Shown in pieces: positions 21,554 through 28,974 of a stretch of DNA of 64,000 bases. The notes below the pieces were generated by a model. That model had not been told where the DNA came from and searched no databases. It saw only the letters and a list, made by a program, of their open reading frames with translations. How positions within the stretch are numbered: position 1 is the stretch's first letter; each line of letters begins with the position of its first letter. The DNA is from a virus, in the IMG/VR virus record IMGVR_UViG_3300036770_002165, positions 1 through 64,000 of that record; one strand, given 5' to 3'. Both the position numbers and the translations under genes were made by a program.

Positions 21554-21732
21554 GATTCCTCCTCAGGACCATCTTTACCCAGTACAACACCGGCCAAATG
21601 GGCCGCCAAAGATGCAATGGATATCCAAACACCAATTGTACGCGTTGTACCACTTAACGTTATTAACACCAGCGCTGTACCACCTAGGGTCCAGGCCAAG
21701 GCGGATGTTTCGCCTAGAAGTTTCTTGATCAT
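21550..21732 (-). CDS. Small two-TM membrane protein
   Basis: 60 aa hydrophobic ORF translationally coupled to neighbours. Confidence 0.55.
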   Translation of the reverse strand: MIKKLLGETSALAWTLGGTALVLITLSGTTRTIGVWISIASLAAHLAGVVLGKDGPEEES

Positions 21733-23111
21733 GGCTTACCTCTCCTCGAAGATCCTGCTGCGACTGGGGCGGGGGCGGCGATCATGGTTGCAGCAGATAC
21801 CGCGACCACCACTCGACGTTGCCCGACTGATACGACGGAGCCAGAGGGGACATAGTTGTCGAACTGGCCGCTATACACGTTTACTTCCTGCTCAAACGTC
21901 TGCTTTACCTCATCTGGGGCTTCGTTGAGCGCTTCAACAATTTGCGCGGTCTGCTCGTCAGTTAGTTCTTCAAAATCTATTGATTCAATAATAGCTTCTG
22001 CATCATCTATAGACATTTCTTCAAAAGAAGTATTAGCTACTACGGCTAGTAATGTCGATGTATCAGCAGTTTCAATATTTACAGTTTCAAGAGTCGGAAT
22101 TTCTGGTTCTGGCTCTTTTTCTACAGGTTCCTCAACTACTGGCTCCTCAGTCCCAACACTTGGCGCATCCGCAGTTGTTGCAGGAGCATCCCCAACCGTC
22201 GCAGTAACAGATGGGGTCACAGCAGGTTCCGTCGATGTCGGCTGAGTAGTCGGGGGCTGAGTCACCGGCGTCGTCGTCAGTGAGGGCGTCGAGGAGGGCG
22301 TCGATACTGTCGTAGACGGCGCTTCCGTCGTTGCAGGCACAGTCGTTGTTGGGGCAGTGGTAGTAGGCGTCGTCGTCGGGGGTGTGGATTCCGTGGTTGG
22401 CGGCCATGTGGGTTCCTCCTGTGCGGGTGGCTGTGGGGGCGGTGGCGGTGGTACGTAGATCGGGGCAGCTGTGGTGGTAGTGGTGCTGGTCGAAGTAGTA
22501 GTTGTTGGCTCTGGTTCTGTAGTTGTCGTTGTCTGTGGGGATTCAGTTGTTGTAGTTGGCGCTGGTTCCGTTGTAGTCGTAGTTGGTTCGGGCTCGGTAG
22601 TGGTCGTGGTGGGTTCCGGTTCGGTAGTTGTCGTCGTCGGCTCTGGTTCCGTGGTCGTGGTGGTCGGCTCTGGCTCTGTTGTGGTGGTAGTGGCTACTTC
22701 TGTGGTTGTGGTAGTTGGTTCCGGTTCCGTAATCAGTGAACCATTACCTTCTACAACATATGAATCTCCGTACCAACGATTGGGGTCACCACAGCAAACC
22801 CCAGTTCGCAACCTATATGTTACGCCTGGCTGAGCTTCATATTCTAAATAACTGTCTAAGCCGAACCAGTCGTCATTTGCAACTAGCAGGTTGTCTTGAT
22901 CATCGTAAAACCAGAGCATGGAGTCGATGCCGTACTCCTGCGCGTAGGTACGGAAAGTGATGAGCGTAGGCTCATCGAACGAGAAATAGAAGTCTTGGGG
23001 ACCGGTTACGGTCATTGTTTCCGCTGAAGCTCTCGAAACCGGCATGATCGCCAGGACAATGAGGCTTAGTTGAAGAACACGAGTTATCCTACCGAGTAGG
23101 TTTTTAATCAA
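21729..23111 (-). CDS. Exported Thr/Pro-rich protein with N-terminal PPC-like beta domain
   Basis: Likely TTG start 23111 after GGGAG; signal peptide ending ASA; DSMLWFYD..VANDDW..LDS; long TTTTTEPEP stalk. Confidence 0.65.
   Translation of the reverse strand: MIKNLLGRITRVLQLSLIVLAIMPVSRASAETMTVTGPQDFYFSFDEPTLITFRTYAQEYGIDSMLWFYDDQDNLLVANDDWFGLDSYLEYEAQPGVTYRLRTGVCCGDPNRWYGDSYVVEGNGSLITEPEPTTTTTEVATTTTTEPEPTTTTTEPEPTTTTTEPEPTTTTTEPEPTTTTTEPAPTTTTESPQTTTTTEPEPTTTTSTSTTTTTAAPIYVPPPPPPQPPAQEEPTWPPTTESTPPTTTPTTTAPTTTVPATTEAPSTTVSTPSSTPSLTTTPVTQPPTTQPTSTEPAVTPSVTATVGDAPATTADAPSVGTEEPVVEEPVEKEPEPEIPTLETVNIETADTSTLLAVVANTSFEEMSIDDAEAIIESIDFEELTDEQTAQIVEALNEAPDEVKQTFEQEVNVYSGQFDNYVPSGSVVSVGQRRVVVAVSAATMIAAPAPVAAGSSRRGKP
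22480..22730 (-). repeat. Coding tandem repeat, 27-nt unit (TTTTTEPEP)
   Basis: About 8-9 degenerate copies with synonymous variation. Confidence 0.85.
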
Positions 23112-23239
23112 TACACTCCCTCGCAGCAAGCGTCTCGACGACCACAAACGGTGCAACGGTAATGAGCGTGCTCCGGTTTCATCTCGCCGCCGCAGTAGAC
23201 GCACTGCGTGGAGGTATCACATTGGTTCTCTTTGCTCAT
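23108..23239 (-). CDS. Small Cys-rich protein (not in ORF track)
   Basis: MSKENQCDTSTQCVYCGGEMKPEHAHYRCTVCGRRDACCEGVY, two CxxC. Confidence 0.6.
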   Translation of the reverse strand: MSKENQCDTSTQCVYCGGEMKPEHAHYRCTVCGRRDACCEGVY

Positions 23240-23240
23240 A

Positions 23241-23399
23241 TTACTTAGATACAACTAGTGTAACTTCGTAATCCTGTAGGCCGACTTTCTTTACAGCGGT
23301 TACTGACGCACGACCCCAACCCTCAGCGTTAGCACGACGCAGCGCAATACTGCGCGCATCGTGCATCATTGGTGTATGGATGGTGTACGTGATGACCAC
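23241..23399 (-). CDS. Small hypothetical protein, leaderless
   Basis: TGGTATAAT then 6 nt then GTG; 52 aa ending YEVTLVVSK. Confidence 0.5.
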   Translation of the reverse strand: MVITYTIHTPMMHDARSIALRRANAEGWGRASVTAVKKVGLQDYEVTLVVSK

Positions 23400-23415
23400 G
23401 TAACGATTATACCAG

Positions 23416-23489
23416 TGCCGGGTACGGGAGTTGAACCCGTCTACGAGTGTTTATAAGACACCTTGCGTCAACCGGACGCATCACCCGGC
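23416..23489 (-). tRNA. tRNA-Ile, anticodon UAU
   Basis: Cloverleaf: acceptor GCCGGGT/ACCCGGC+A, D stem GCGTC/GACGC, anticodon arm GGTGT-CTTATAA-ACACT, T arm ACGGG-TTCAACT-CCCGT; CCA not encoded. Confidence 0.85.
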
Positions 23490-23494
23490 GTGCC

Positions 23495-24073
23495 TTACTT
23501 AGCTATAGAATGTATAGCGAACTGCCAGTGCCACTTAGCGACAACTGGCCAATTAATGTTAGTTGTTGGGTCAGTCCATGAAGTCATGCGTGTGTCATTA
23601 GGGATAGTGTCAAAGTAATCAACTAGCTTCTTGAAGCCTAGCGACTCCATCATTTCCCACACACGTTGGTGGTGACAATTCCAGTGATGGGTTGCCCCAT
23701 CCCAGAATTCGTCCTCACGATCAGGCTGGTAGTTGTGCTCTTGGTGTTCGATGGTAGACAGAACCATATGCCACGGCTCCTTGCCATCTTTCCACCGCTG
23801 GATCGTCTTTAGAACGTCTGGCCCTACTACCAGTATCGGCGCACCAGCCTTAGCAATGCGACGCATGTCCCGCATAAAACCAGGAACAGACCGCCAGTCA
23901 ATGTGTTCGATGACATGCCCGAGATAAATGGCGTCAAAATAATCGTCAGGAAAAGGATACGGTTGATCCGGGTTAACGACAACGTCGGGTTTTGTCGTCT
24001 CGCTTTGCCAAACATCGCAGTTCACCCATCCCTCAGCGTAATGGGTACCACACCCAGCATTCAGTAGTTTCAC
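23495..24073 (-). CDS. Class I SAM-dependent methyltransferase
   Basis: LNAGCG motif I, PFPDDYFDAIYLGHVIEH. Confidence 0.85.
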   Translation of the reverse strand: MKLLNAGCGTHYAEGWVNCDVWQSETTKPDVVVNPDQPYPFPDDYFDAIYLGHVIEHIDWRSVPGFMRDMRRIAKAGAPILVVGPDVLKTIQRWKDGKEPWHMVLSTIEHQEHNYQPDREDEFWDGATHHWNCHHQRVWEMMESLGFKKLVDYFDTIPNDTRMTSWTDPTTNINWPVVAKWHWQFAIHSIAK

Positions 24074-24849
24074 TTGTAGTAGAGCTCCAGATCAGTTTCT
24101 AGAGGAAAGTACCACCCACCGCCTGGACGGCGCAAGGCTTTTGGCATATCATTCCGGTGATGGATCCCCGAGTAGTGAGCGATGAGAGCCTTTCGCTGCA
24201 TCCCAGGTACATTTGGCCGCGACCCACGGTGCATCAACCGCCCGTGCCAGACGAGGAGATCTCCACGACTGGCAAGGTGCGATACAACGTTGTTACCGCG
24301 CTTAGCAATCTCTTCCTCAAAGAGAGGCGTCAAGATACGCTCTGAGTGCTTCGGCCATCGATGATCACGTTCGTGTGGCTCTAGAGCGGCCAAGATCTTC
24401 TTGTTCGATACCTGCGGCCACCTATGCGATCCTGGTACAAATTGGAATGGGCCAGAGTCAGGGTGGATGTCATCTAGGGCAATCCACACAGCGGCGTAGT
24501 AATCCCCAACATGGGCTGGGTTCAGGTACGAATCCTGGTGCCAATCACGTTCTGTACTGCGCCAGCCGGTCAGATTGAGGTGTAGACCCGCTGGTTCGGT
24601 GATCAGGCTCTCTAGAAGGTTGGCGAGTGGGTCCCAAGTCAGGATTTCGAGCAATTCTGGGTGACGGGTGTACGGAATTGGGTCTGGCCAGCCCATTGGG
24701 CGGTCAGAATTCTCTTTTTCCCAACACTTTTCGTACTCAACCATCAATTCTTCGGCAAAAAACGACTTATGAATGACAAAACCGTCCTCATTCCAGTCAA
24801 AAACCGAAAAATCAGGGGCTGGATCGGTCAAATCCTCAAAAGTGGGCAT
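24070..24849 (-). CDS. PhyH-family 2OG-Fe(II) dioxygenase
   Basis: WHQD, AVWIALDD...GPFQFVPGSH, GDLLVWHGRLMHRG..N...R. Confidence 0.9.
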   Translation of the reverse strand: MPTFEDLTDPAPDFSVFDWNEDGFVIHKSFFAEELMVEYEKCWEKENSDRPMGWPDPIPYTRHPELLEILTWDPLANLLESLITEPAGLHLNLTGWRSTERDWHQDSYLNPAHVGDYYAAVWIALDDIHPDSGPFQFVPGSHRWPQVSNKKILAALEPHERDHRWPKHSERILTPLFEEEIAKRGNNVVSHLASRGDLLVWHGRLMHRGSRPNVPGMQRKALIAHYSGIHHRNDMPKALRRPGGGWYFPLETDLELYYK

Positions 24850-24857
24850 GAAAATCC

Positions 24858-26501
24858 TCAGATTTTGCGAGATTCTGATGGTGAGTGGTGCGCCTCTACC
24901 TCTTCAGCGTGCTCAACGCTGTCATAAACACGCAAAATCCAGATGCAAGGATCGTTTTCCCAGAATTCGTCGTACTCTTTAGCCGACATTGGGACTCCAT
25001 CGTGGGTTTCACACACCATTGGGCCCACAAAACCGTTGTCAATCCCGTACTTTAACCACTCATTGAACTCCATTTTGAGTCCCCTCCTATTGTCCCGTGC
25101 AGCAACTCCCACTGCCGTGGATGAAACTACCCGATTTTGTGACCGTGTTGCAACCAGGTCCACAACCTTGGATGCTTGATTCGGGAATAGTAACGTCTCC
25201 CTCCTCATTCATCACGGTATATGGGTTGACCGCGCTCTGTGGCATATAGAAACCGGGCTGGGCCTTGGTCTTCTTTTGACGCTTTGCCAGCTTCTTACGG
25301 TACATCTGGGCTTCGTAATCCTCTTTAGAGGAGTACTCGCCGTCATCCTCTCCGTAGCCACGAACAAAGTAGGCCATGATCAGTAGTCGCCCATCCGCTT
25401 CCCAAGCTTTGAGACGCCGTAGCCAATGGCCGCACCGGCGATGGCCCCCTTGATGCCGCCGGGAACCTTGTCTGCGTCGGCCAAAACCCCAAAGCTGGGG
25501 TTGTCACCAGTACCTAAGCCAGTACCAAGGGCGTAACCGGCAGCTCCGGCGCTTAAGGCAAGCACGTTGCGGTCGAGAGTTTCCTTAACACCCTGACGGC
25601 TGATGATCGATGGCACTGTTGGCTTACGCGTTACAAGGTGCTGGACATACGGATCCATACTGCGCTTTCCAGCATGAACAGCTCGGCCTCGGTGATCTTG
25701 TGCCATATTTGCTCCTTCGACTCTTCTATTGTAGCCAAAACCGCGACCCCAAATTTTTCACGCCACCTAGAAATACCTAACTACCAGGTGATACATGTTA
25801 TTTATTGGGGTTTTCAAGGATTGTATCATTCATGATAGCAATCCATAGTTACGGTTAGTGAACTATAACGTCAGCTTACCTTTTCCTAGGTAACGGCTTA
25901 TCCAAATGACGGAATAAGTCGACCTTAGCAGGCATAAACCTGAACAAATGCAGTGTCAGATATACCCAGAATCCTAATACCGCCCAACGGCCTGTCTTAT
26001 GCCGTGACCCCCTGTGGAAAGTAGACGACAGTGTGGATAACCCTGTCGCCATGGCTAGGACATCATAAACCAACACATACAGGGCAATACCGCCCCACGC
26101 CATCGGCCCAGCCTTAGATCTAAGCGTCATGTGTCCTTAGAGGGTGTCCCTGAGGGAGCATCACGCGCTTCTTGCCAGCTTTGGTACCGGCTACGTGTTC
26201 GACAGCACCAGTCTGTGGATTAACACGGGTACGCCCACCGGCGCTACCGCTACCTTTACGCTTGCTCTTCCCCATGAGCCCCCCCCTAAATATCCCAACT
26301 ACCAGCGTCCATACGGGAACGCACCGCATCACGAATACCTTGTTTTTCAGTAATAAGCTTCTGCTTCTTGGCACGCCAGGTAGGTGGCGATTCAGAGTGG
26401 ATAACACCACCATAGCGCGACTCAAGGTTATTAATACGCTTATTAACAGACCCAAGGGCTTTATAGAGCTGTTGGTTGTTCAAAGCTTCGTATGCTGCCA
26501 T
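24858..26501 (-). CDS. Six small hypothetical genes (24858-25073, 25087-25377, 25380-25706, 25876-26130, 26120-26275, 26286-26501)
   Basis: Co-oriented small ORFs; 25876-26130 has two TM helices; 26501 start is leaderless (TGGTAATCT + 6 nt + ATG). Confidence 0.5.
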
Positions 26502-26514
26502 AACCCAAGATTAC

Positions 26515-26570
26515 CAGAATAGGGCTACTTACGGTAGCGCGCGTTTACTTCGTAGTTCAGAATAGGGCTA
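26515..26570. repeat. 13-bp direct repeat CAGAATAGGGCTA x2
   Basis: Copies at 26515-26527 and 26558-26570. Confidence 0.7.
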
Positions 26571-26859
26571 TTCAGCAGTTGAGCGTTCCTTGGGGCCCGG
26601 GTACAGCCCCCCCTTCGGGTGGGTGCGCCTCACCTAATGATAGGGGTACACACCGGTAGCCTAGCCGTGTGCGTGTGCCTATCCTAACATTAGTCCCTGT
26701 CCCTATGTGGGACTGTGGTGGTCGAGCGCCCATCGAATAGTAGTGGCCTTCGTCCTAACGGAGTTCTAAGAGGCGCGCCCCTAGGCAGGGCGTGTGACCT
26801 ACCCACCACAGGAGAGACACAGGACAGGGCGGGGTATCCCCACTTGGGAGTCCCCCAGG

Positions 26860-26954
26860 TTATCCACAGCCCTTGTGGAAGTTATCCACAGGCTACTCAT
26901 AGTTATCCACAGGCCTAGACCTGGGCCTATGAGTTATCCACAGGGTTATCCACA
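26860..26954 (+). promoter_or_regulatory. Cluster of five perfect co-oriented DnaA boxes (TTATCCACA)
   Basis: Starts at 26860, 26882, 26903, 26934, 26946 in the divergent intergenic region. Confidence 0.85.
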
Positions 26955-27037
26955 GGGCTGTGGCCAGGCCTAACATTAGGTAACGGTCATCGGGAGTTGC
27001 TATCGCCAACCCAACCCATGTTCTAAGGAGGAACATC

Positions 27038-27610
27038 ATGGCAACAGCAACACTCACCCCGAAGTACCAGCCGGTGCTCAACCTCGAAGCAAGCGAGGCG
27101 ATCAAGGTCGTCTTTGCCGCCGCTGACAAGGTCAAGGCACTCAAGGCCAGCCTGCGCGAGGGCATCACGGCGTACAACCAGACTCTGTCTGTGTTGGGTT
27201 CCGTGTATCTCGCATCGGATCTGGCCAAGGCAGACGGTATGTCGGCCAAGTCCATCGCCGCCCTTGCTGGGCGCGACGATGAGCAGCAGACACGTTACTA
27301 CCTGCGTAACGGCTGGATTCAGGCCCGTTTGGTCAACGATGGAAAGACCGCCCCGGCGGCTATCCAGACGCAGATCAACAAGGTTGCCCAGCAGGGCAAC
27401 GGTCTGACTCTCAGCCGTGTCGATGAGATCATCAAGGATCTGGTCGACAAGGGTGGTTCGTGGGCCGACTTCGTCTCTGCCGTCAAGGCTGAGACCGACA
27501 AGGTCAATGCCAAGGTCGAGCGCGCCCTCAATGCGCTCGAAGACGCCGACAGCCTGGACGCGGGCCAACTCGCCCGTCTCCAGTTGTTGGTCAGCAAGCA
27601 CACCAAGTAA
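27038..27610 (+). CDS. First early gene, helical Ala/Lys-rich hypothetical protein
   Basis: 190 aa, strong RBS TAAGGAGG, strongly C/G-ending codons. Confidence 0.8.
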   Translation: MATATLTPKYQPVLNLEASEAIKVVFAAADKVKALKASLREGITAYNQTLSVLGSVYLASDLAKADGMSAKSIAALAGRDDEQQTRYYLRNGWIQARLVNDGKTAPAAIQTQINKVAQQGNGLTLSRVDEIIKDLVDKGGSWADFVSAVKAETDKVNAKVERALNALEDADSLDAGQLARLQLLVSKHTK

Positions 27611-27778
27611 CTCTTGGTGACCGTACCTAATCGTTAGGCCACGACCTGGGGGGCTGCCTAGTGGGGATACCTCAACCGACCTAACCAACATGGTTGGGCC
27701 GGGCGTGTGTAGGCAGGGAGCCTGATTGTAAGGCGCTCTTACCTGACCGATAGCGCCCGGCCTAATCATTAGGGACAA

Positions 27779-27809
27779 GACGGGTGCGCGCCGCAACCGG
27801 GCGCCCGTC
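27779..27809 (+). ncRNA. CCGCAAY-loop hairpin, copy 1 (others 29866-29898, 33394-33426; degenerate near 37365-37396 and 44828-44850)
   Basis: 12-13 bp stems with compensatory changes and G.U pairs around a conserved 7-nt loop. Confidence 0.7.
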
Positions 27810-27862
27810 TAATCATTAGGTCGATGTGCTGTGTAGTGTCTCCGGCAGAAACGGAGTACACA

Positions 27863-28520
27863 ATGGACACAATCATCTTCACCGAAGAGGGGCGCGAGTG
27901 CCTGCGTAAGGCCCGTGCCCTTGTTACCGCAGCCGTGCGGGCGGAGAACACCTTCGCCAAGCGCATGACTGTCTTCTCCCTCTTCGCTATGTCGGAGGAG
28001 GAGTTCACGGCGAAAGAGACCGAGCGCGCCTCTGGCCTCGCCCTGTTCACGGGTGAGATCACCACGCTCATCGATGCCCTGACGGGCGATCACTGACCAA
28101 CACAACCCGTCGGAGGCACTCCACAGCACATCGGTCTAACATTAGGTCGTACACTGTCACGGTGGCATCGCCACTATCCTCTGAGGAGGAAGGAGAACCA
28201 CCATGAGCAAAGTGATTAGCGATGCCAAGCGGGCGCTCAACCGAGTGCTCGCTTACGAGCAGAACCAGCATCTCGTCCTGCGTGACGAGGTGGCCCGACA
28301 GATGGAGGCCGCCAACGAGATGGTGCGTCTGGGCAATGCCCTGACCGCCTACCGTGGGCGACTGTCCAAGAAGGCCGTGGTCACCGCTGGTTCCGATCTG
28401 GGATCGATCACCCTCAGCGTCGAGGGTGACGAGACTCTGCTCGAAGAAATCAAGAGGGCCAAGAACGCGGCCTTCCGTCTCGCCAACCGCTTCGCAGCCA
28501 ACGCTGCGGCCAACCTGTAA
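27863..28520 (+). CDS. Two hypothetical early proteins (27863-28096, 28203-28520)
   Basis: RBS GGAG/AAGGAG, biased codon usage. Confidence 0.7.
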
Positions 28521-28567
28521 CTAACCGACAGGCGGTGCCACCATGAGAGTGTACGGCCTAATCATTA

Positions 28568-28666
28568 GGCATTGACTGCCGACGTGGGCAGTCACCTTGG
28601 GCGGGTTACAACGATAGTTGTACTTGAGGGAAACCAGGGTGACTGTCCTCGTGGGCAATCGGTGCC
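28568..28666 (+). ncRNA. 33-bp RNA stem-loop
   Basis: 28568-28600 pairs with 28634-28666 with 3 mismatches and 4 G.U pairs. Confidence 0.7.
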
Positions 28667-28779
28667 CAGCCGCTACGGCGGATTAGTTGCTAGCCAGCGT
28701 GTGCTGACTGGTGAAAGGGTGAGGACAATGTGAGCGCAGCACGCTCAGTCCTGGGCATGACAATGAACATAACTGCCCG

Positions 28780-28854
28780 GCCCCCGTACTCAGATGGGAG
28801 TGACGTCTAATCATTAGACGTTTGTAGGTTCGAATCCTACCGAGGGTGCGACCA
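28780..28854 (+). ncRNA. tRNA-like element with aberrant anticodon arm
   Basis: Perfect T arm GTAGG-TTCGAAT-CCTAC, acceptor 6/7 paired, short D arm CTC/GAG, 9-bp arm GACGTCTAA-TCA-TTAGACGTT. Confidence 0.6.
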
Positions 28855-28974
28855 TCAAATGGTGCGAGGAGGGACAACAATCTCCCTTCGGTGTCAATGG
28901 GGCCTCACCAGCCGTGAATGGTTCGACCTGGGTATGTCGTAAAACTGCCCACCCTAATCATTAGTCACTAGGAG

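Noticed and set aside
26032-26040. Single TGTGGATAA DnaA box
   Set aside because: Isolated and inside a coding region; may be chance
27023-27796. Long antisense or alternate-frame ORFs (e.g. 27023-27796 -, 21230-21928 +, 32575-33189 -, 39822-40466 -)
   Set aside because: Shadows of GC-biased real genes, with no RBS or motifs
28780-28854. Calling the tRNA-like element a functional tRNA-Sec or opal suppressor
   Set aside because: No U33 or 7-nt loop geometry, no long variable arm, acceptor mismatch; TGA is used as a normal stop in many genes here
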